Positions 9,134 through 18,147 of a DNA stretch of 32,694 nucleotides are shown here, piece after piece. Each line of letters opens with the position of its first letter. Position 1 is the stretch's first letter. Source of the DNA: Candidatus Tepidifontimicrobium thermophilum (GTDB lineage: Bacteria; Sysuimicrobiota; Sysuimicrobiia; Sysuimicrobiales; Sysuimicrobiaceae). The stretch spans positions 166,693 to 199,386 of the forward strand of contig JAVKHO010000002.1 in NCBI GenBank assembly GCA_031459915.1. The letters are read 5' to 3'. Under the pieces are notes generated by a model. The model did not search any database. It was not told the DNA's origin and worked only from the letters and a program-made list of their open reading frames with translations. The position numbers and the translations under genes were made by a program.

Positions 9134-10102
9134 CTACCCCCTCGCCAGCCGCTCCAAACGGTCCAGGGCGGCCTGCAGGGACTGACCGTCCCGTTGCGCG
9201 TCTGCGATGACGGCCAGCACCCGATCCAGCCACGGGCCCCGGGCCACCCGCTGGTCCTCGTGGTGTTTGAACAGGCATCCCAGGGTGCGCTCCACCGCTT
9301 CCCGGTCCAGGTGGTCCCGGTGCAGGCGGAGGAGAGCCGCACTCCAGTCCAACGTCTCCGCCACCCCGGGCACCTTCTGCAGGTCCAGCGCCCGCACCGC
9401 GTGCAGGAACGCCGCGATCTGCTCCGCCAGCTGCCGCGAGATCCCCGGGACCTTGCGGAGCACGATGGCCAGCTCCTTCTCGAAGCTGGGATAGTCGATC
9501 CACAGGTACAGGCAGCGCCGGCGCAGGGCGTCGGATAGCTCCCGGGTCCGGTTGCTGGTCAGGACCACGTAGGGAACGTGCTGGGCGCGGATGGTACCGA
9601 TCTCGGGGATGGTAATCTGCCAGTCGCTCAGCAACTCCAGGAGGAACGCCTCAAATTCCTCGTCCACCCGGTCGATCTCGTCCACCAGGAGGACCGGCGC
9701 CCGTGGGTGCGTGATCGCCTGCAGGAGGGGACGCCGCAGGAGGAACGGCTCGGAGAAGATGGTCTGCTCCTTTTCCTCCGGAGTCCGGCCGCTCCCCTCC
9801 TCCAGGCGGATCCGGAGCATCTGCTTCTGGTAGTTCCACTCGTACAGGGCTGTGTTGACATCCAGCCCCTCGTAGCACTGCAGCCGGATGAGGTCCGTGT
9901 CCAGAGCGCGGGCCATGACCTTGGCGATCTCCGTCTTGCCCACGCCGGCGGCACCCTCCACCAGGAGGGGCTTGTGCAGCTCGACGGACAGGTAGATGGC
10001 GGTGGCAATCTCCCGGTCCGCGATGTAGCCTTCCTGCGCGAGCGCCGCCAGGATCTGCTCGACGTCACCCAGGGTGGGGCGCGACACGCTCCGGTCTCCC
10101 AT
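9134..10102 (-). CDS. MoxR-family AAA+ ATPase, CoxD-like
   Basis: Walker A EGAAGVGKT, RLQCYEGLD, ALYEWNY, Walker B LLVDEID, TSNRTRELSDALRRRC, PGVAETLDW. Confidence 0.92.
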   Translation of the reverse strand: MGDRSVSRPTLGDVEQILAALAQEGYIADREIATAIYLSVELHKPLLVEGAAGVGKTEIAKVMARALDTDLIRLQCYEGLDVNTALYEWNYQKQMLRIRLEEGSGRTPEEKEQTIFSEPFLLRRPLLQAITHPRAPVLLVDEIDRVDEEFEAFLLELLSDWQITIPEIGTIRAQHVPYVVLTSNRTRELSDALRRRCLYLWIDYPSFEKELAIVLRKVPGISRQLAEQIAAFLHAVRALDLQKVPGVAETLDWSAALLRLHRDHLDREAVERTLGCLFKHHEDQRVARGPWLDRVLAVIADAQRDGQSLQAALDRLERLARG

Positions 10103-10108
10103 GTCCGT

Positions 10109-10114
10109 ATTCTA
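10109..10114 (-). promoter_or_regulatory. -10 element TAGAAT 6 nt upstream of the MoxR ATG
   Basis: The minus strand reads TAGAAT-ACGGAC-ATG, a near-consensus AT-rich hexamer in a GC-rich background. Confidence 0.5.
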
Positions 10115-10150
10115 CACAACGCCGCCGCGCGCCTCGGACTTCCCAACGGC

Positions 10151-11161
10151 TCAGCGGCGCCGGAACAGCGGGGCCCACTCCTCCCGAGCCCGTCGATAGG
10201 TCTCCTCGTCGTAGTCCTCCATGACCGTCACCCGCAGCCGGTCTGCGTCGCGGATGGGCGGGTAGATGCCGGGCAGGAGGACGAACTCCCCGGCCTGGGC
10301 CAGGGCCAGGAGCGCCGCCCGGGACATGAGGGTGTCCACGAACAGGCGAGCGGCCTGGGGGTGCGGGGCGCGGGTCCCTACAGCCGCGTGGTGCGCCTCC
10401 GCCAGCATGGGGTCCAGACGCACGTAGTCGATGGGGGCACCCTGTCGGCCAAAGAGGTGGACGTACGACAGGAGAGCGATACCCAGGGCGTACTCGCCCG
10501 CCACCACCTTGCTGGGGATGGTCAGGATGGACTCCTCCAGACCGCCCGCCTGGGCCGCCAGCCGCTCCACGAACCCCCTCCACTCGGCCCGCAGCACCCG
10601 ACGCAGGTTGAGCAGCCACTGAGCGCTGCCCAGGTTCAGGGTGGGGTCCGCTAGGACCAGACGGCCCCGCCACCGCGGGTCCAACAGGTCCCCGTACGTC
10701 CGGGGGGCTTCCGAAGCCCGCACCAGCCGCGGGTTGTACAGCGCGGTGTACAGGTTCAGACGGTACGGCGGGGACAGGACCCCGTCCCGATCCCGCGCGG
10801 CTGCGGGAAAGGGCTCGTACGCGGGCGAGGTGTACGGCGCGAAGAGGCCCTGCTGTTTGAGGATGCGCATCACGGGGCTGGGCGCGATGACCACGTCAAA
10901 CAGGGCCCGACCGGCCCGGGACTCCGCCAGCGCCCGGTCTACCAGACGATCGGGCGGAGCCCGCCAGTACTCCACCGGGACCCCGTACCGCCCCTCGTAG
11001 ATCTTGGCCAGGACCTCGAAGTTGTCCGCGGGCATGGTGCCGTACACCACCACCCGCCCCTCCCGCCGGGCGACGGGGACACGCGGATCCCCCTGCCCGA
11101 ATCCCGGCAGGGCCCCTACCAACACCACCAGTACGGTCAGAACCGTCCCGAGCCGTCTCAC
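10151..11161 (-). CDS. ABC transporter substrate-binding protein (Fe3+/thiamine/polyamine-type, periplasmic binding fold II), orphan
   Basis: GTG at 11161 after GGGGGG. Signal peptide MRRLGTVLTVLVVLVGALPGFG. REGRVVVY, YNPRLV..APRTYGDLLDPRWRG and APHPQAARLFVD motifs. Confidence 0.8.
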   Translation of the reverse strand: MRRLGTVLTVLVVLVGALPGFGQGDPRVPVARREGRVVVYGTMPADNFEVLAKIYEGRYGVPVEYWRAPPDRLVDRALAESRAGRALFDVVIAPSPVMRILKQQGLFAPYTSPAYEPFPAAARDRDGVLSPPYRLNLYTALYNPRLVRASEAPRTYGDLLDPRWRGRLVLADPTLNLGSAQWLLNLRRVLRAEWRGFVERLAAQAGGLEESILTIPSKVVAGEYALGIALLSYVHLFGRQGAPIDYVRLDPMLAEAHHAAVGTRAPHPQAARLFVDTLMSRAALLALAQAGEFVLLPGIYPPIRDADRLRVTVMEDYDEETYRRAREEWAPLFRRR

Positions 11162-11196
11162 AGCCCCCCCTGCTCGGCGCTGCGGCGGGTCCAAAT

Positions 11197-12519
11197 TCAG
11201 TACCGCGTCAGGTACCGATCCACCTCCCAGCTGTGGACCTGCGCGATGTACTCCCGCCACTCCTGCCGCTTGGCCTTCAACAGGTCCGTGACGACGTGAG
11301 ACCCCAGGGCCTCACAGACCACCTCGTCTGCCTTGAAGGCTTCCATGGCCTCCCCCAGGTTGCGGGGCAGCACCCGGATGTCCAGGGCCTCCAGTTCGTC
11401 TTCGGTCATCGCATAGATATTCCGGTTCAGGGGCGGACCCGGGTCCAGCTTCCGGTCGATCCCGTCCAGGCCGGCGGCGAGCATTACCGCGAACGCCAGG
11501 TACGGGTTGCAGGAAGGGTCCGGCATCCGCAGTTCCACCCGGGTGGCCTGCCCGCGGGCGGCGGGGATGCGCACCAGGGGAGACCGGTTGCGCTCCGCCC
11601 ACGCGATGTACACCGGCGCCTCGTACCCCGGCACGAGCCGCTTGTACGAGTTCACCAGGGGGTTGGTGACCAGGGCCATGCCCCGGGCGTGCTCCAGCAG
11701 GCCCCCGGTGTAGTGCAGGCACACCGAGCTCAGGCCGTAGGGGCCCGAGGGGTCGTCGAAGGCGTTCCGGCCGTCCCGGAACAGGGACTGGTGGGTGTGC
11801 ATCCCGGACCCGTTGATCCCCGCGATCGGCTTGGGCATGAAGGTGGCGTGCAAGCCGTGGTGGCGCGCGATGGTGCGGACCACGAACCGGAAGGTCACCA
11901 CGTTGTCCGCGGTGCGCAGGACGTCGGCGTACTTGAAGTCGATCTCGTGCTGCCCGTGTGCCACCTCGTGGTGGCCCGCCTCTACCTCGAACCCCATGGC
12001 GCTGAGGGCCGTGATCATGTCGGCCCGCGCCTCCTCCCCCCGGTCGATGGGGGCGAGGTCGAAGTAGCCCGCCTGGTCGTGGGTGGTGAGGACCGGCTGG
12101 CCCTCGGCATCCGTGGGGAACAGGAAGAACTCGCACTCCGGTCCTGCCATCATGGTGTAGCCCTGCTGCGCCGCCCGCTGGACCACCCGCTTGAGCACGT
12201 ACCGCGGGTCGCCCGGGAAGGGGTCCCCGTCCGCCGTGTACACGTCGCAGATCAGCCGCGCGGTGACCGCCTGCGCGTCCTTCCACGGGAACAGGGCGAA
12301 GGTGTCGGGGTCCGGGATCAGGACCATGTCCGACTCCTCGATCCGGACGAAGCCCTCGATGGACGACCCGTCGAACATGATGCCCTCCTCGAGGGCCTTC
12401 TCCAGCATCTCTGCGGGGATCTCCACGTTCTTCAGGGTGCCGAAGATGTCCGTGAACTGCAGCCGGACGAACCGGACGTTGAGCGCCTCCGCCTTTTCCA
12501 AGACCTCTCGCTTGTCCAT
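11197..12519 (-). CDS. glnA: Glutamine synthetase type I (about 440 aa, GSI-alpha-like)
   Basis: FDGSSIEGF, EESDM, HHEVAHGQHEIDF, ATFMPKP, NGSGMHTHQS, NSYKRLVPGYEAP, RVELRMPDPSCNPY. ATG at 12519 after GAGGAGG. Confidence 0.96.
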   Translation of the reverse strand: MDKREVLEKAEALNVRFVRLQFTDIFGTLKNVEIPAEMLEKALEEGIMFDGSSIEGFVRIEESDMVLIPDPDTFALFPWKDAQAVTARLICDVYTADGDPFPGDPRYVLKRVVQRAAQQGYTMMAGPECEFFLFPTDAEGQPVLTTHDQAGYFDLAPIDRGEEARADMITALSAMGFEVEAGHHEVAHGQHEIDFKYADVLRTADNVVTFRFVVRTIARHHGLHATFMPKPIAGINGSGMHTHQSLFRDGRNAFDDPSGPYGLSSVCLHYTGGLLEHARGMALVTNPLVNSYKRLVPGYEAPVYIAWAERNRSPLVRIPAARGQATRVELRMPDPSCNPYLAFAVMLAAGLDGIDRKLDPGPPLNRNIYAMTEDELEALDIRVLPRNLGEAMEAFKADEVVCEALGSHVVTDLLKAKRQEWREYIAQVHSWEVDRYLTRY

Positions 12520-12550
12520 AGGGCCTCCTCGCCTGGAGCACTCGGCAGGT

Positions 12551-12579
12551 ACTCTACCACGCGGCTCCCGAACCCACAA
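12551..12579 (-). promoter_or_regulatory. Sigma70-type promoter for glnA (TTGTGG-N17-TAGAGT with extended -10 TG)
   Basis: -35 at 12579-12574, a 17-nt spacer ending TGG, -10 at 12556-12551. Confidence 0.5.
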
Positions 12580-12614
12580 CGACGCGCTCTGGCCCGCTGT
12601 ACGGGCGCGCCGGT

Positions 12615-13493
12615 CTAACCTGCGCTCCGCGCCAGCTCGCCGACCAGACGCGCGAGGGCGGAGTGGTCCAGGTCCCCCCAGCCCCGGGCCACCACGGCGC
12701 CCAACAGCTCGTGGACGAGGGCCGTACCTAGCATCGGGACCCCTGCGCTGCGTCCGGTCTCCAGGGCGATCCGCAGGTCCTTATGGTGCAGCCGCGCCCG
12801 GAACCCCGGCTGGTAGTTCCCCTCCAGCATCCGCTGCCCGTGGACCTCCAGGATGCGGCTGCCCGCGAACCCGCCCAGCAACGCCTGCCGGACCCGGGCG
12901 GGGTCGACGCCGTTGCGCTCTGCCAGCACCAGCGCCTCCGCCACCGCCTGGAGGGTCAGGGCCACGACCACCTGGTTGCACGCCTTGCATACCTGCCCGG
13001 CCCCCACGGGGCCCACGTGCACCACGCTCTTCCCGAGCGCCTGAAACAGCGGCCGGACGCGTTCGAAGGTCTGCGGGTCGCCGCCCACCATGATGGAGAG
13101 GGTCCCCTCCTCCGCGCCCCGCTGTCCCCCGCTGACGGGCGCGTCCAGCATCTCAACCCCCCGCTCCCGTAGCCGCGCCGCGATGGAGCGGGTGGCCACG
13201 GGGGAGATGGTGCTCATGTCCACCAACACGGAACCCGGGCGCAGCCCCTCCACCAGCCCCTGAGGTCCGAAGGTCACCTGCTCCACGTCCGGCGTGTCGG
13301 GTAGCATGGTGATGACCACCTCGGACTGCTCCGCCACGCCCCGCGGCGAACCCCCGTCCGCGGCACCCTCCGCCACCAGCTCGTCCACCGGAGGCCGGCT
13401 GCGGTTGTGAACCGTGACCGGGTATCCCGCTCGCAACAGGTTCCGGGCCATGGGCTTGCCCATAATGCCCAACCCCACGAAGCCGACCCGCAC
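12615..13493 (-). CDS. garR: 2-hydroxy-3-oxopropionate (tartronate semialdehyde) reductase, beta-hydroxyacid dehydrogenase family (GarR/GlxR-like)
   Basis: GFVGLGIMGKPMA, DMSTISP, DAPVSGG, GAGQVCKACNQ, GGFAGSRILEVHG, GFRARLHHKDL. Adjacent to hyi. GTG at 13493 follows AGGAGGGAG; the ATG at 13526 is an alternative start. Confidence 0.85.
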   Translation of the reverse strand: MRVGFVGLGIMGKPMARNLLRAGYPVTVHNRSRPPVDELVAEGAADGGSPRGVAEQSEVVITMLPDTPDVEQVTFGPQGLVEGLRPGSVLVDMSTISPVATRSIAARLRERGVEMLDAPVSGGQRGAEEGTLSIMVGGDPQTFERVRPLFQALGKSVVHVGPVGAGQVCKACNQVVVALTLQAVAEALVLAERNGVDPARVRQALLGGFAGSRILEVHGQRMLEGNYQPGFRARLHHKDLRIALETGRSAGVPMLGTALVHELLGAVVARGWGDLDHSALARLVGELARSAG

Positions 13494-13535
13494 GCTCTCC
13501 CTCCTCTCACGGCTCCGCCGCGCCATGGGGCCGTG

Positions 13536-14324
13536 TCAACGTCGGCGGAACCCCATCTCCTCGATCCAGCGCAGGCCCTCCTCCGTCCTGCCCGCGGGCC
13601 GGTACTCCAGCCCCACGAAGCCCCCGTACCCCGCCCGATCGAGCTCCCGCAGCACGTAGGGGTAGTGGATCTCTCCCGTGCCCGGCTCGTGTCGGTCCGG
13701 CGCGTCCGCGATCTGCACGTGGCCCAACCGGGGCAGCACCCGGCGCAGGGTAGGGACCAAGTTCCCCTCGGCCCGCTGCATGTGGTAGAGGTCGCACTGC
13801 AGGCGCACGTTGGGCATCCCCACCGCGTCCAGGAGCCGCTCCCCTTCCGCGGTGGTGGGCACGAGGAACCCGGGTACGTCGTGGGGGTTCACCGGCTCCA
13901 CCAGGAGGGTGAGCCCGGCCCCAGCCAGTACCCCCGCGGCGAAGCGCAGGTTGTCCACCAAGCACCGCCACTGTTCCTGCTCGGGCACGCCCTCCCGCCT
14001 CCGTCCGGCCAGAGCGTTGAGCTGTGGGCAGCCCCACAGGCGCGCCAGGTCTGCGGCCTCCTGCACGCCCTGGCGGAACGCCTCCCTGCGGCCGGGATCC
14101 GCGGCGATGCCGCGGTCACCCGCCTCCCAGTCACCCGCGGGGAGGTTGAACAGCACCAGGCGCAGCCCCGTCTCCCGCAACGCCCGGGCCACTTCCTCGG
14201 GGGTCGCCTGCGGGAACTGGAACTCCACCCACGCAAAGCCTGCGCGCGCCGCGGCGTCGAACCGGTCCAGAAACCCGTACTCGCCGAACAGAAGGCTGAG
14301 GTTGGGGGCGAAGTTCGGCATCAC
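13536..14324 (-). CDS. hyi: Hydroxypyruvate isomerase
   Basis: FAPNLSLLFGE, VEFQFP, LFNLPAGDW, LVEPVN, DLYHMQ, HVQIADAPDRHEPGTGEI, GLEYRP. Confidence 0.92.
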   Translation of the reverse strand: MMPNFAPNLSLLFGEYGFLDRFDAAARAGFAWVEFQFPQATPEEVARALRETGLRLVLFNLPAGDWEAGDRGIAADPGRREAFRQGVQEAADLARLWGCPQLNALAGRRREGVPEQEQWRCLVDNLRFAAGVLAGAGLTLLVEPVNPHDVPGFLVPTTAEGERLLDAVGMPNVRLQCDLYHMQRAEGNLVPTLRRVLPRLGHVQIADAPDRHEPGTGEIHYPYVLRELDRAGYGGFVGLEYRPAGRTEEGLRWIEEMGFRRR

Positions 14325-14333
14325 GCCTCCGGC

Positions 14334-14693
14334 TTACGGCCTCGGCGGCGCCTTCGGGCGCGCTCCCAGGCTGCGGACGCGCTCCACCAGCTGGCCTACC
14401 GTGAAGGGCCGCAGCACGTAGGGCAGGCCCAGCCGGGCGGCCCGGCCGCGATCCAGCTGCCCACTCACCACCAGCACCGCCACCCCGCTCCGGGCCAAGC
14501 CCTGGAGCTCCGGGTCTGAAGCCGCGGCCAGCTCAGCCACCACCACCCTAGGCCGCAGCCCGCGGGCCAGCAGCCGGCGGGCAGCGCCGAAGTCCGGCAC
14601 GGCGACTACCTGGTATCCTTCCTCCTGTAGGTGGGCCAACACGAAAGCCCGCAGCCGCGTGTCCGGCAACACCAGCAGCACCTCGTCCGGCAC
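14334..14693 (-). CDS. Stand-alone atypical response-regulator receiver (pseudo-REC) domain protein
   Basis: About 119 aa with the REC (beta/alpha)5 pattern: VLLV, LQEEGYQV, PRVVVAEL, VLVVSG, YVLRPFT..QLVERVRSL. Canonical phosphorylation residues are substituted. The start is uncertain (GTG at 14693 or 14681). Confidence 0.65.
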   Translation of the reverse strand: MPDEVLLVLPDTRLRAFVLAHLQEEGYQVVAVPDFGAARRLLARGLRPRVVVAELAAASDPELQGLARSGVAVLVVSGQLDRGRAARLGLPYVLRPFTVGQLVERVRSLGARPKAPPRP

Positions 14694-14745
14694 CGGCCTG
14701 TAGTTCGCCGGCGCCGGACGGATTCCTGCGGGAAGGGAGGAGGTC

Positions 14746-15690
<945 letters not shown>

Positions 15691-16398
15691 CCGACCCGCC
15701 CAGGTACGCCCGCTGGACCTCCGGGTGGTGGAGGATCTCCTCCCCGCGGCCCTCGAAGCGCACCCTTCCCTGCTCCAGGACGTAGGCGCGGTCCGCATTC
15801 CGGAGCGCGGTGCGGGCGTTCTGCTCCACCACGAAGAAGGCGATCCCCTGGGCCCGCAGGTCGTGCACCATCCCGTAGACCTGGTCCACCACCGCCGGGG
15901 CCAGGCCCAGGGTCGGCTCGTCCAGCAGCACTAGCTTCGGCGAGAGCAGGAGCACGCGCGCCAGCTCCAGCATGCGCCGCTCGCCGCCGCTGAGCACCCG
16001 CGCCTTCTCCCGGCGGCGCTCTCGCAGGATAGGGAACCGTTCCAGGACCCGCTCCACGTCCTCCCGCACCCGCCGGTCGCGGCGGACGTACGCACCCAGC
16101 AGGAGGTTGTCGTACACGCTCAGGTTCGGGAGGACGCTGTAGCCCTGCATCACGTAGCACACCCCGCGCCGCAGGACCTCCGGCGGGGACAGCCCCCCGA
16201 GCGGTTCTCCGTCTAGCCGGACCTCGCCGCGCTGCGGGCGCAGGAACCCGAACACCGTACGCAGCAGGGTGGACTTGCCGGCGCCGTTGGGCCCGATCAT
16301 CACCACGATCTCCGCCCGCCGCACGAACAGGTCCACTCCGCGCAGGACCTCGCGCTGGTCGTAGCCCGCGTGCAGGTCAGAGACCTCCAGCAGCACGC

Positions 16399-18147
16399 TC
16401 ACCGCCCGTAGTACAGCTCCAGGACCCGCGGGTCCCGCCGGACCTCGTCGGGTCTGCCCACCGTCACCACCCGGCCCTCCGCCATGAACGCGACCCGGTG
16501 GCAGATGCGCATGACGAACTCCATGTTGTGCTCGATCACCACGAAGGTGAGCCCGGAAGCGTTCAGCGCCCGGACCAACCGGCCGATCTCGTCCACCAGG
16601 ACCGGGTTGACCCCCGCCGCGGGTTCGTCCAGCAGCACCACCCTCGGGCGGCGCAGGACTGCCATCGCCAGGGAAAGGAGCTTCTGCTGCCCGTACGACA
16701 GCTCGCCCGCGGGCCGGTGGCGGTGGTCCCACAGGTTGAAGGAGCGCAGGAGCCGGCCCGCCTCTTCCTGCAGGGCGGGCGGGACCTCGCGGAGGGTGGC
16801 CTCCCACAGCCCCTCCCCGCGGTGCTCTGTCCCGCACAGGAGGTTGTCCCACACGGACAGGTCGGGGAAGACGCGCACGTTCTGAAAGGTGCGCGCCAGG
16901 CCTGCCCACGCCACCCGGTGCGGTGGAAGCCCCACGACGTGGATGCCGTCCACGGCTGCCTGTCCCGCGTCCGGCCGCACGAAGCCCGTGAGGCAGTCGA
17001 ACAGGGTGGACTTCCCCGCTCCGTTGGGACCCACGAGTCCCAGGACCTCGCCCCGCCGGACCTCCAGGCCCACTCCGCGGACAGCCCGTACCCCACCGAA
17101 GGCCTTTTCCATCCCCCTGACCTGCAACACCGGCGGCCCCCCCGCGCCCGCGGGCGGTACGTCCTGCGGGTCCCGCCCGGCGCCGACCACCGCCGGTAGC
17201 GGCCGCGGGGAAGGGCTTGCCAGAAGGCCGATCAGGCCCCGCGGTTGGTATAACGACACCAGCACCACCGCCAGGCCGAACAGGATGAAGTCCGCACCCG
17301 TGCCCCTGCCTCCCAGCCACGCCCGCGTGTACTCGTTCAGGAGCACCACGAACGGCGCCCCGAGGACCGGCCCCCACACCGTCCCCCGCCCTCCGATGAG
17401 GGCCACGACCACCACCAGCAGGGAGATACGGCTGGCCATTACGTTGTACGGGTCGATGTACAGCACGTACAGGGCATACACCGCCCCGGCCACCGCCGTT
17501 AGCGCCGCGCTGAGCCCCATGGCGAAAAGCTTCCAGCGGCGGGTGGGGATCCCCAGCATCTCCGCGGCGTCCTCGTCCTGCTCCACCGCCCGCAGGTACC
17601 GGCCCGCCCGGTGGCGATCCACCCCCCACACCACCCCGGTGGCCAGGGCGAGGACCCCGAGGGCTGTCCAGTAGTACGGTGGCTTGCTGTCCCACATGAG
17701 GTAAGCGAGGCGGTTCCTGTACTCCAGGGGCAGGTACAGCCCGATCGCCGCCCCCACCGCCTCCCAGTTCAAAAACGAGATGCGCGCGATCTCCGCCAGG
17801 GCCAGGGTTGCCAGGGCGAAGAAGTGGCGGCGCAGGCGGAAGGTCGGGTAACCCACCGCGAGGGAGACCGCAGCGGCCACGGCGGCCCCTACCCAGATCC
17901 CGAACCACGGGCTGAGCCCGTGGCGGCTCAACAACCAGGCGGTGGTGTACGCGCCGATCCCGAAGAAGGCCGCATGGCCGAAGGAGATCTGCCCCGCGTA
18001 CCCCCCCACCAGGTTCCAGGCCTGCGCCGCGGCTCCGAACAGGAACACGTGCACCATGGCGTTGAGGAAAAAGCTGTCCTGGACGGCCGCGGGCAACAGG
18101 ACCAATCCCCCCAGCACGAGCGCGGCGAGGGTCCGGGGCCGGTTCAC
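16399..18147 (-). CDS. Fused Liv-type permease/ATPase (LivM-LivG fusion)
   Basis: N-half: WNLVGGYAGQISFGHAAFFGIGAY permease. Pro/Gly linker. C-half: GPNGAGKST, RTFQ, LSYGQQKLL, LDEPAAGVN, IEHNM. One uninterrupted frame. Confidence 0.9.
   Translation of the reverse strand: MNRPRTLAALVLGGLVLLPAAVQDSFFLNAMVHVFLFGAAAQAWNLVGGYAGQISFGHAAFFGIGAYTTAWLLSRHGLSPWFGIWVGAAVAAAVSLAVGYPTFRLRRHFFALATLALAEIARISFLNWEAVGAAIGLYLPLEYRNRLAYLMWDSKPPYYWTALGVLALATGVVWGVDRHRAGRYLRAVEQDEDAAEMLGIPTRRWKLFAMGLSAALTAVAGAVYALYVLYIDPYNVMASRISLLVVVVALIGGRGTVWGPVLGAPFVVLLNEYTRAWLGGRGTGADFILFGLAVVLVSLYQPRGLIGLLASPSPRPLPAVVGAGRDPQDVPPAGAGGPPVLQVRGMEKAFGGVRAVRGVGLEVRRGEVLGLVGPNGAGKSTLFDCLTGFVRPDAGQAAVDGIHVVGLPPHRVAWAGLARTFQNVRVFPDLSVWDNLLCGTEHRGEGLWEATLREVPPALQEEAGRLLRSFNLWDHRHRPAGELSYGQQKLLSLAMAVLRRPRVVLLDEPAAGVNPVLVDEIGRLVRALNASGLTFVVIEHNMEFVMRICHRVAFMAEGRVVTVGRPDEVRRDPRVLELYYGR

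Noticed and set aside
7974..10102. MoxR-vWA pair as an anti-phage or conflict system, or as proof of CO oxidation
   Set aside because: The motifs and the xdhC/mocA neighbours fit the CoxD/CoxE maturation subfamily. No effector genes or coxL are present.
3360..12618. Long antisense ORFs (e.g. 3360..4553, 5542..6999, 9578..10654, 11233..12618), including those opposite gdh
   Set aside because: Shadow ORFs expected from high GC3 codon bias. They have no recognisable motifs and fully overlap well-supported genes.
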